From Coriobacteriaceae bacterium (GTDB taxonomy: Bacteria > Actinomycetota > Coriobacteriia > Coriobacteriales > QAMH01), in assembly GCA_025992705.1 (NCBI GenBank), contig DAJPGJ010000001.1, forward strand, positions 1,553,270 to 1,617,269: a stretch of 64,000 nt of DNA. Direction: 5' to 3'. This document shows, one piece after another, positions 9,001 through 17,707 of the stretch. The translations under genes were made by a program, and so were the position numbers. Below the pieces are notes generated by a model. The model ran no database searches, was not told where the DNA came from, and worked only from the letters and a program-made list of their open reading frames with translations. Each line of letters starts with the position of its first letter. The stretch's first letter is position 1.

Positions 9001-9891
9001 ATGGGTTGGGTTAGCGCGGCACTGCTCGCGGCGCTCTTCGCGGGCGTAACGTCGATTCTCGCCAAATGCGGCGTACGAGAGACCGATTCCGACATCGCCA
9101 CGGGCATTCGAACCGCGGTCGTGCTCGTCTTTGCCTGGATCGTCGTCTTCGTCACCGGCGCGCAAGGCGGAATAACCCGTATCGCTCCCCTCTCGTGGAC
9201 GTTTCTCATCGCCTCGGGGCTCGCGACGGGCGCGTCTTGGATCTGCTACTTCAAGGCGCTTTCGCTTGGCGACGTCAACAAGGTCGTACCCGTGGACAAG
9301 TCGAGCACGATCCTGGCCGCGCTCTTCGCAATCGTCCTGTTCGGCGAGACGAGCAACCTCGTGGTCAAACTCGCCTCCATCATCGCGATCGGCGTGGGCA
9401 CCTACCTCATGATCGAGCGGAAGGCGGGGCAGGACGGCAGTGACGCGCGGGATGGCAGCGGAGGCGGACATGGATGGCTGTGGTATGCCATCGGGGCCGC
9501 GGTGTTCGCGGCGCTCACCTCGATTCTCGCGAAGGTCGGCATCGAGGGCGTCGACTCGAACCTGGCGACCGCGATCCGCACCTGCGTGGTGCTGGTGATG
9601 GCGTGGGGCATCGTCGCCGGACGCGGGAAGCTGCGGGCCGTGCGCGACGTGCGGCCCGGCGAGGCGTTGTTCCTGATAGCGTCCGGCCTCGCGACCGGCG
9701 CGTCGTGGCTGTTCTTCTACTACGCCATACAGACCGGTCAGGTGAGCATCGTCGTGCAGATCGACAAGCTCTCGATCGTCGTGTCGATCGCGTTTGCCTG
9801 GCTGTTCCTGCACGAGCGGCTATCGTGGCGGGCGGGCATGGGACTCGCACTCATCGTCTGCGGCACGGCGCTCATGACGGCGTTTCCGTAG
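9001..9891 (+). CDS. EamA/DMT-family transporter
   Basis: There are two EamA repeats and about 10 TM segments (ASGLATGASWICYFKAL appears in two versions). Confidence 0.8.
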   Translation: MGWVSAALLAALFAGVTSILAKCGVRETDSDIATGIRTAVVLVFAWIVVFVTGAQGGITRIAPLSWTFLIASGLATGASWICYFKALSLGDVNKVVPVDKSSTILAALFAIVLFGETSNLVVKLASIIAIGVGTYLMIERKAGQDGSDARDGSGGGHGWLWYAIGAAVFAALTSILAKVGIEGVDSNLATAIRTCVVLVMAWGIVAGRGKLRAVRDVRPGEALFLIASGLATGASWLFFYYAIQTGQVSIVVQIDKLSIVVSIAFAWLFLHERLSWRAGMGLALIVCGTALMTAFP

Positions 9892-9995
9892 GGATGGAAG
9901 GATGCGAACGCTCTGCGGTTCTTTCGCAGCACGTGGCGCAGCCCGACATTTGCGATGGTAAAGTACGCGGTAGATGAAATGACGGAGGAATCGCC

Positions 9996-10517
9996 ATGAT
10001 GATACGGGTAGAGCGGCAAGGCGACCACGATGCGGTGCGCGAGGTGGTCAGGAGTGCCTTCGCAACCGCCGAGCACAGCGATGGAAACGAGCATGATCTG
10101 GTAGATGCCCTAAGGCAGAGTGGCGCATACGTTCCCGAACTGTCGCTAGTGTGCGAAATTGACGGCGAAATCGTCGGGCACATCATGTTCACCAAGCTGC
10201 ACGTGGGCGAGCATGTCGCGCTCGCGCTTGCCCCGTTGTCCGTGGCACCGGCATGGCAAAGGCGCGGCATCGGCGCCGCCCTGGTCCGCGAGGGACACAG
10301 GATAGCCCGGGAGCTCGGGTACGATTACTCGGTCGTGCTCGGCAGCGACGAGTACTACCCACGCGTCGGCTACGTGCCGGCCGAGACGCTGGGGATTCTC
10401 CCGTGCTTCGACGTTCCGAGCGAGAACTTCATGGCTTGTAAGCTTCGCGAGAACGCCCCGACGATATCGGGCATGGTCACGTACGCGAAGGAATTCGGAG
10501 AAGGAGCGACATCATGA
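9996..10517 (+). CDS. GNAT-family N-acetyltransferase (YhbS-like)
   Basis: LAPLSVAPAWQRRGIGAALVREG and the N-terminal acid-rich segment fit this family. Confidence 0.75.
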   Translation: MMIRVERQGDHDAVREVVRSAFATAEHSDGNEHDLVDALRQSGAYVPELSLVCEIDGEIVGHIMFTKLHVGEHVALALAPLSVAPAWQRRGIGAALVREGHRIARELGYDYSVVLGSDEYYPRVGYVPAETLGILPCFDVPSENFMACKLRENAPTISGMVTYAKEFGEGATS

Positions 10518-10882
10518 ACTTGACGGGTATCGAGGGAAACGACGTGCTCTGCGTCCTCGTGGAGAGTGACGAGCCGGTCATCACGGACGCGCAATCGGCA
10601 ATCGATCTGCTGATGAGCGCACAGTACGACGTGGGGTCGAAGAATATCGTGATTCCCAAGCAGCTCATCGCCGAGGACTTCTTCGTCCTCAGCACAGGAC
10701 TGGCCGGTGAGATATTGCAGAAGTACGTCAACTACGGCGGCCGCATGGCCATCTACGGCGACTATTCGCGCTACACGAGCAAGCCACTCAAGGACTTCAT
10801 GTACGAGAGCAACAAGGGCAGGGACTTCTTCTTCGTCGCCACGAAAGATGAGGCCATCGCCGCGCTCGCAAAGAGCCGCTGA
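10514..10882 (+). CDS. DUF4180 domain protein
   Basis: FFVLSTGLAGEILQKYVNYGGRMAIYGDYSRYTSKPLKDFMYESNKG is present. The gene overlaps the upstream gene by 4 nt. Confidence 0.7.
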   Translation: MNLTGIEGNDVLCVLVESDEPVITDAQSAIDLLMSAQYDVGSKNIVIPKQLIAEDFFVLSTGLAGEILQKYVNYGGRMAIYGDYSRYTSKPLKDFMYESNKGRDFFFVATKDEAIAALAKSR

Positions 10883-10936
10883 TAGGGGGCGCGAGGCGGG
10901 GCTTACAGTAGTCCGATTTTGTGACGATAGACTTGC

Positions 10937-11338
10937 CTATGCTGCCTGGGGAAAGCCGATGACGCAATACTCGATGACAGATGACTGTCTCTCTCCTATC
11001 ACAACAATCTCGGCACCACTCATCGCCTCCACCTCACGACGCAACGCACGGACCTCGCGCTTGAGGCTCTCGTTCTCTTGTACGAGCCGGTCATAGCTAT
11101 ACGCAGAATAACCGCCGATTCCACGCCCCTCGCGCGCGTCTTCGACCAACTGCCTGAGATTCTGTTTCCTGTAAAGCGAACTTCGCGCAATCTGCGCACG
11201 ATCTGCGACCTTGTAGAACGAGGGTGTCTTACCTTCTGCCAACAAAGAGACAATCGCATCACGGACGCTTTCTTCCATGGCGTTCTCTCGCTTCATGCGA
11301 AAACACCGCAGCGACGCTGATTGATGATTTCCTGTCAT
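10937..11338 (-). CDS. small HTH/coiled-coil protein resembling the small TnpC/DUF6262-type proteins of tyrosine-recombinase transposons
   Basis: LLAEGKTPSFYKVADRAQIARSSLYRKQNLRQLVEDARE is followed by a coiled coil. The start is uncertain (MTGNHQ or MEESV). A decayed paralogue lies at 19706..20069. Confidence 0.45.
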   Translation of the reverse strand: MTGNHQSASLRCFRMKRENAMEESVRDAIVSLLAEGKTPSFYKVADRAQIARSSLYRKQNLRQLVEDAREGRGIGGYSAYSYDRLVQENESLKREVRALRREVEAMSGAEIVVIGERQSSVIEYCVIGFPQAA

Positions 11339-11591
11339 GTTTGGCGACACCTTCCTTCGCAGACGAGCAACTACATCACAAGAGCATTTTACAGGGCAAC
11401 AGGGACATGAGATTTCTGGCAATTACATGTCGGGAATATCGAATTCGGACTATTGCGACTGTTTTTGTCTAGAGCCAGCTGCAGTACGGTACCTACAGCA
11501 ACTTATTCATTGGAAGCATGCAGGTGTCACCAAATGAGCAAGAAATTCACGACATGGTTTGCGCAGGTGTTGAGGGTCGAACAAAAAGCGG

Positions 11592-12503
11592 GTGATCGCA
11601 ATGCAAGCACCTATGACAACGGTTGAAGTCGTCGTCCCAAAGACGGCCTCCAAAGCGCCTCTGCGCTGGAAGAGGCAGCCACCTCGCATTGTGCTGCCGC
11701 GATATAGTCGAAGAAACGAAGTAATCGATTTGAAGAAAAAGGACATTGAAACGAGAAGCGGCACGCTTGTCGTTGGTGACTTGCATTGCAAGCAGGCAGA
11801 AATGCTGCCGCGAATTAGTACCGTTGCCAAGGAGCGAGGCACACAAAGCATCGTGCTCTTGGGTGATTACACTGACGAGTGGGGTTCGACGGTTGACGAC
11901 GTACTCAATGCCCTGGATTTCCAAATCGGCTGGCTAAAGGAACAGACAGCTGACGGCATGAACGTGACCTGCCTTGTGGGAAACCACGATTTCGAATACC
12001 TGATTGGTCGCGGCTGCTCCGGCACGCACCACGAGGCGTTCATCGAAATCCGCGACAAGCTGCAGGAAATAGAAATGCAAGCCGCAGCATGTGTCGATGG
12101 TTTTCTCCTCACGCATGCCGGGCTCACGCAGGAATGGAGAGACGAGAACCTACCTGGATGTGACGACGCGAGAGCGTGCGCCTCGCGCATCAACGAGTTC
12201 TTCTTCGATGGCAGATCTCGCTGCCGAGAAAAGCTTTCGATGGTGGGCTGGGCCCGAGGCGGCTACGGAGTGCCGGGGCCGTTGTGGGCCGACCTCTCGG
12301 AGTTACGCGATGACGCAGCACAGGGCATCAATCAAATCGTCGGGCATACACCCGTTCCCACATGCGAAAAAATCGACGGTATCAACGAAACCATCTGGCT
12401 ATGCGACACCCTCTCTCGTACGACATACAACCGGCCCATCGGGGATGGAACGGCGCTATTGCTCAGCAACGGACACGCTGAGGCGGTTCCGCTGCGTACT
12501 TAG
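11592..12503 (+). CDS. calcineurin-like metallophosphoesterase
   Basis: The motifs GDLHCK, GDYTDEWG, GNHDFE, LTHAG and VGHTP occur in the canonical order. The start codon is uncertain because the pre-motif extension is long. Confidence 0.7.
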   Translation: MIAMQAPMTTVEVVVPKTASKAPLRWKRQPPRIVLPRYSRRNEVIDLKKKDIETRSGTLVVGDLHCKQAEMLPRISTVAKERGTQSIVLLGDYTDEWGSTVDDVLNALDFQIGWLKEQTADGMNVTCLVGNHDFEYLIGRGCSGTHHEAFIEIRDKLQEIEMQAAACVDGFLLTHAGLTQEWRDENLPGCDDARACASRINEFFFDGRSRCREKLSMVGWARGGYGVPGPLWADLSELRDDAAQGINQIVGHTPVPTCEKIDGINETIWLCDTLSRTTYNRPIGDGTALLLSNGHAEAVPLRT

Positions 12504-12675
12504 CGTAGCAGGCTTGTCATGATGAGAAAGCCTCTTCCGAGCGGTCGCCTGTTACAATCCCGCATTGCATCACTGCATCATCATGTTGTGGCAAAACCTC
12601 GCCATAATTGGTAGTGTTCTGCCATATTGAACAACAACGCATATTCACACGCGAACGCATCCAGAGAGGATGACC

Positions 12676-13221
12676 ATGCAGAAGCCGAGCAAAGTGCCTA
12701 CCGTCTCCCCCACCGCGCACGTGGCGACCGACGCGACCGTCATCGGCGACGTCACCATCGGCGACGAGTGCTGCGTCCTGTTCAACGCGACCATCCGGGG
12801 CGACTGCGACAGCTTCGTAAAGCTGGGTGAGCGCACGAACGTGCAGGAAGGCGCATGCCTGCACGTGAGCCACGGTTCGCCCACGATCATCGGCCATGAC
12901 GTGACCATCGGTCATGCCGCGGTCGTGCACGGCTGCACCATCGGCGACCATTCGCTTGTCGGCATGGGAGCCACGGTACTCGATGGCGCCGAAATCGGGA
13001 ATCACTGTCTCATCGGAGCCGGAGCACTCGTGACAGGGTCGGCGCGCATCCCGGACGGCATGCTCGTTGTCGGCGCGCCCGCACGGGCGAAACGTCCCCT
13101 GACCGACGAGGAAAGGGCCAGCCTGGACGCGAACGCCGCCGAGTACGTTGAGGTGGGATACCAGCTGGCAAGCGAAGGCTGGCTGCTCACGGGCGAGGTG
13201 CCCAAGCCGCCGCTAGGGTAG
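12676..13221 (+). CDS. gamma-carbonic-anhydrase-like / left-handed beta-helix (hexapeptide) protein
   Basis: Hexapeptide repeats and LHVSHGSPTIIGHDVTIGHAAVVHGCTIGD are present. The second ATG has GAGAGG 6 nt upstream. Confidence 0.8.
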   Translation: MQKPSKVPTVSPTAHVATDATVIGDVTIGDECCVLFNATIRGDCDSFVKLGERTNVQEGACLHVSHGSPTIIGHDVTIGHAAVVHGCTIGDHSLVGMGATVLDGAEIGNHCLIGAGALVTGSARIPDGMLVVGAPARAKRPLTDEERASLDANAAEYVEVGYQLASEGWLLTGEVPKPPLG

Positions 13222-13460
13222 TCTTAATTTGAAATATCCCCATCTTCCTCAGGATGCAATCTCCATCCTTCTTTTAAGTAATCTGCATACGAGGGATACT
13301 CACTCGCATAAATGCTTGTAATCTCTTCGCGCATTGGCTCGATGATAGCCAGAAAGGGACGCTCGGGATTCAGCATGAATCCGGATGAATCAGGAAGCCA
13401 ATTCTCGAAACTCTCAAAATGGTTCGCCTGTGTTTACTCATACACGCAAGCCCAATAATC

Positions 13461-14791
13461 GGGCTATGTTTCAAAAAGTGTGTCCGAATAAGACCCGTTA
13501 CCCCAGTTGAACACAAGCAAATCAGGTCCTTGAGTTGGAATCGCCCAACTCGAAGGTGTTTCAAAAAGTGTGTCCGCTTTCCTCTTGACGTGCCTGTTCA
13601 GGCAAGCTTTCCGAAGGGAAAAGTTGCCTAGTGGACAGGATGACGCCTTGAGTAGCCCGAGATGCGACGTTTGCGGAAGCGAGATGAAGGGGAACGGATA
13701 CACGAAGGCAGGGACCAAGCGCTGGCGGTGCAAGTCGTGCGGTGCCTCCAAGACGAGAAGGATTGACAACGCCGCCAAGCTGCTCCGGGCCTTCCTTGCC
13801 TGGATCCTCTCCAAGAGGTCGATCGCCGATCTCGGATACAGCAGGTCGACCTTCTGGCGAAAGTGCGCCGGGTTCTGGGAGCTTTGGCCCATCGCCCCTT
13901 TCACCGGCGAGGTCTTCGACACGGTCTTTCTCGACGGCATCTGGTTTTCCCACGACGCCGTCGTGCTCGTCGCGCGCTCCAAGGAGCACGTGATCGCATG
14001 GCACCTGGCGCAAAGGGAGTGCTCGAGCTCCTGGGCGGCGCTGATGATGAGGATACCCGCTCCGATGCTGGTGGTGTCGGACGGATCCACCGGGCTCGCG
14101 AAGGCGGCGCGCACCGTATGGCCCGGCACCAGGATACAGCGCTGCGTCGTGCATGCCGCGCGCCAGGTCAAGCGCTACACGACCAAGAGTCCCAAGCTCG
14201 AGTGCGGCCGCGAGCTCCTGGGCATCGCGAACCGCCTGACGAGGGCCAAAGACGAGGACGCGATGAGGGAGTGGCTCGTCGACTACGCGCAGTGGTGCTC
14301 CGATTGGAGCGAGTTCCTGAAGGAGTTCACGGTGAAAGACGGCAGGAGGGTCTACACGCACGAGAGGCTGCGGCGGGCCAGGGGAAGCCTCAACCGCCTG
14401 GTGAAGGAAGGGACGCTTTTCACATTCATCGAGATGCAAAGGGAGCGCGGCGGGCGCTGGGATTCCACCAACAACCCGATCGAGAGCCTGAACGCGCAAC
14501 TGAGGGAGATGCTCAGGCTGCATCGGGGATTGCCGCTGCTGCACCGCGTGAAGGCCGTCATGTGGTGGTGCTACATGCACACCGAAGAGCCCGAGAGCCC
14601 GGCGGAGATCCTGCGCCGCATGCCGAGGGACGAAGACGTCGACGGGCTTTTCGCAACCGTCTCGGGCGAGGGCCGGCATTCGGATGGAAGCCCGGAGAGG
14701 TATGGGAAGGCCATCGACTGGAACGAGTTTCACATGCCGACGAGGTACCGTCAGTGATGTCCCGCCGGACACACTTTTTGAAACATAGCCC
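13461..14791 (+). mobile_element. IS256-family (IS1249-group) insertion sequence, about 1.33 kb
   Basis: The terminal inverted repeats are a perfect 25-bp match (GGCTATGTTTCAAAAAGTGTGTCCG at 13463..13487, reverse complement at 14766..14790). It is flanked by the 8-bp direct repeat CAATAATC (13453..13460 and 14792..14799). Confidence 0.85.
13570..14757 (+). CDS. IS1249-type (IS256 family) transposase
   Basis: An N-terminal Cys4 finger (CDVCGSEM...WRCKSCG) and a DDE-type core (VVSDGSTGLAKAA; RCVVHAARQV; NNPIESLNAQLR) are present. The exact start is uncertain. Confidence 0.85.
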   Translation: MSAFLLTCLFRQAFRREKLPSGQDDALSSPRCDVCGSEMKGNGYTKAGTKRWRCKSCGASKTRRIDNAAKLLRAFLAWILSKRSIADLGYSRSTFWRKCAGFWELWPIAPFTGEVFDTVFLDGIWFSHDAVVLVARSKEHVIAWHLAQRECSSSWAALMMRIPAPMLVVSDGSTGLAKAARTVWPGTRIQRCVVHAARQVKRYTTKSPKLECGRELLGIANRLTRAKDEDAMREWLVDYAQWCSDWSEFLKEFTVKDGRRVYTHERLRRARGSLNRLVKEGTLFTFIEMQRERGGRWDSTNNPIESLNAQLREMLRLHRGLPLLHRVKAVMWWCYMHTEEPESPAEILRRMPRDEDVDGLFATVSGEGRHSDGSPERYGKAIDWNEFHMPTRYRQ

Positions 14792-16373
14792 CAATAATCT
14801 GCCAAATAGGAAATAATCTGTCCGAAATTATACGAGTGCACGCCAAATTGGCAGCGAGCGGAACTTTCCCCGCTGCTTAAGTCTATAAACTCATAATGAC
14901 CCTTGAGAGGCAAATGTACGTATTCACATAATGCTCCATATAATCTGCCGACAGGCTTTATCTTTGCCTTAAGACGACCGATGGATTTCGTAGGCGAAAT
15001 TTTCTCCGCTTCTTCCAAATCCTTCGCCTTGCAGGCGTTATACGCCCATGCGATTTGCTCTAGCATCAACCTACTCATAGCATGAGCCTCGATCATATGG
15101 CCTTCCCTGTATAACATTGCGGCGACATAATAAGTATTCTTCGCCCGAGTTAAGGCCGCATCTGAATATACCTCTCCCGCGTTCGGCTCAGCTTCAGGAT
15201 GCATCCGCCGCATCGTGTCTTCCATGTGCTGCTTTCCCGCAAAGTACATTCTCTGAAACGCCAGATGTATATCTGGAATGTCAGGCTCACTACTAGAAAC
15301 AAGATGCCTCAAAGCGTAGTCAAATGGTGTGCCCAAATTATGTGCAGCAATCGCCGCCTGAACATATTCGACCAGCTTTTTCGGTGCATTTCTTGATATA
15401 TGGACAGCATGTGCCGAATAGCCAATCTGCGTGTAGTCTTCAAGGAGATCTCGACTTGCTTCAGCACGCATTTGTTCAAACGTCTCGTATGGCACCCCTT
15501 CTGCAAACGATGCGCTAATCCCCTGGTACCCCGTGTTATTTTCCGCATCATCCTCATCGCTTGTCATCATATCGATTGGATCATCCTCAGCATTGCTGTA
15601 TCTGTATAGGAGCTTGCGAGATGAGGTCAAACGGTAACCGTTATCCATTAACATTTGTATCGAATCTTTACCTACGGACCTCGGGTCATATTTGGTGTTC
15701 TGTTCCTGGGAAGCGTAATACCCATCAGCAGCATCAGCCAGGTAGCAGCAAAGTTCGGGCATCACACCAATATATTGATAAACAGCATGCGGGAGCTTAT
15801 CAAAGAAGTCTTGTAGATTAGCAGCTTCGTAAGCTTCTCGCGATAACTCGAGTTTATGGATGTAAAGCACATCAACATACATCCCAGAAGGACTTTCGAT
15901 AAGCCCTTCGCCCTCTAAATCAGTGGCTACTTCGCATAAATCCGCATTGCAATCATCGCATTCCATAACGATATTGCGCTTATCCCTATAGGCCTGTGCG
16001 CCGAATATGAATGCACCGTCAAGATGACCAACCAAGTCCACCTTCGCATCATCACCGTAAAGGGAGATGACGGTATCCCCATCTTCTTGTTCAAGCGCGA
16101 AGTTCATTGTCAGCCATGTGATATGCGGAAACTCTTCTTCAAATAACCTAGTACTTTCGTACTCCTTCCCATTTTCAAACGGAACGGAAATAAGCAAGTC
16201 CTTGAAATTTAGCTCTGCTGACATGATGACTATCCTTAAATACGTTTAGCGATAATAAATGGCTTGTCTCGATGTTTACATTTAACTCGCGGCGGACAGA
16301 GACCGAAGAAAATATCCGTCAATCCGCAACTCTTCGAATCTCTCGAAACCACTCTGCTGCAGGAAACGAGCCG

Positions 16374-16565
16374 CTACATGGAACCCCCGCGATCGGCCAG
16401 CTCCCCGAATTCTTCGCTCGTCATCGTCTGCACGGAATACCCCTCGCAGGCGTAGAGGCTCTCGTGAAACGGCGCGCTGTTCTTGTGACAGCGGATGAAC
16501 TGCATCGCCTTGCCCGTCGAGGCATCGAACCCGACGACCCATACGTAATCACTTGACATACCCAT
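16374..16565 (-). CDS. small hypothetical ORF (63 aa), translationally coupled to the previous one
   Basis: Third-position GC is high and the start overlaps the previous stop. There is no family recognition. Confidence 0.3.
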   Translation of the reverse strand: MGMSSDYVWVVGFDASTGKAMQFIRCHKNSAPFHESLYACEGYSVQTMTSEEFGELADRGGSM

Positions 16566-16753
16566 CACATCCCATCGTCATCGAAACCCGTGACGTCAAT
16601 CGAAAACGCCACGTCGACGATTGTATGCGTGGGGTGTGACACGGTTTCACTGTTCGAGTCGCTGCGCGACGTGCCCAGCAACGAGGGGCTGAAGGGATAC
16701 GAGCTGAAGGACTCGTTCATGGGCAGCGAGGGGGTCGCCCTCGTAATGCTCAC
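16565..16753 (-). CDS. small hypothetical ORF (62 aa), possibly a gene remnant
   Basis: Third-position GC is high, unlike the surrounding AT-rich DNA. Its stop overlaps the start of the next ORF (TGATG). Confidence 0.25.
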   Translation of the reverse strand: MSITRATPSLPMNESFSSYPFSPSLLGTSRSDSNSETVSHPTHTIVDVAFSIDVTGFDDDGM

Positions 16754-17226
16754 CGCATCCCCATCTGCCTGTCACTGAATCTCTCGGAGGTCTACGTCCT
16801 CTTCGGCGCGCTCGCGGAATACGTCCGCGGGAAAGACGGGCAGGACTCGCACCGCAAGACCGCCAAGCGCCTCGCGGGCATGGCCAAGTCCCAGCTGAGC
16901 GATTATGCGAAGGAGAGGCTTCAAGCGCGGCAGCATGCGAGTTCATCTAGGGCATGACATCAAGCGCAAGAACAAACGGCTGCGCCCCATCGTGCGCCGT
17001 GCAGATGATGATTGCGACATCGTGCCGTTGGCAGAGGTGATTGACGTGAGGAGGGGTGCGGGGTGAAATTCTTGCAGACATTGTGAATGACGGGCTCATC
17101 TTAGTGCGGCTATAAAACTCTTCAATTCATCTGCGAATGTAACAACTCTTAAGAAAAGGTTTTCCATTTACTTATTACACCCCTTACCCGAAAATACTAA
17201 GTGAACAATGAGGAAAAGGAGAGACC

Positions 17227-17514
17227 GTGTCCAACAAAAAGCATCGCTGGAGTCTTGAAGAAGATACATATTGCTGTGAAACATGCGTCAAATACTATGT
17301 TGCGGAAAAATCAAACATGCCTGTCGAAGTTCTTGTCAAAGAATTGTCTGAGCATTTTCCGAATATCTCAACAACATCGCTAAGAATGAAAATCCAGAAT
17401 ATTAAGCAAATTCTTGAAGAAGAAGGAATAGAAAACAGTTTACGTATTGGTCCACTCTCAAATTATTCGCAGCAAAACAAGAAAGCTATGCAAAACGTAT
17501 TAAGAAAGCAATGA
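17227..17514 (+). CDS. small AT-rich protein (95 aa) with a weak Myb/SANT-like pattern
   Basis: KHRWSLEEDTYC...FPNISTTSLRMKIQNIKQIL is present, with AAGGAGAGACC upstream of the start codon. It is convergent with the kinase gene. Confidence 0.4.
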   Translation: MSNKKHRWSLEEDTYCCETCVKYYVAEKSNMPVEVLVKELSEHFPNISTTSLRMKIQNIKQILEEEGIENSLRIGPLSNYSQQNKKAMQNVLRKQ

Positions 17515-17707
17515 CGAAGAAGGAGCTTCTGCGAAGCTTTGGTAAAAGCGCTATCTGGGGCACAGACGCTCCATCAGACTCTAAGTCAAGAAGACGATGC
17601 CCGTGCGGCTCACGCTACCTATGAGAATCGCCATCACATTTTCGTTCCCTGAACGGTCAGCCCGGTATACCCTAGCCATTTCAGCAATCGGTACTGGATG
17701 ACCCGCG

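Larger units (their letters stand above)
13434..16224 (-). pseudogene. unknown-function gene (reconstructed 483 aa) interrupted by an IS about six codons before its stop
   Basis: The AT-rich ORF runs from 16224 to the IS boundary (...SYLADYWG). Removing the IS and one copy of the target duplication restores ...ADYWACVYE-stop at 13434. The 887-aa tracked ORF is a read-through into IS antisense. Confidence 0.6.

Noticed and set aside
13561-16224. An 887-aa ORF that looks like a single large protein.
   Set aside because: It is a chimera. The first 478 codons or so are the AT-rich host gene, and the rest is read-through into the antisense strand of the IS (Arg/Pro/Gly-rich). The IS boundaries and target duplication show the true gene ended at 13434.
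16374-16753. The two coupled small ORFs as a toxin-antitoxin pair.
   Set aside because: Only the size and the overlap fit. I recognise no toxin or antitoxin family motif, and the surrounding sequence looks like gene debris.
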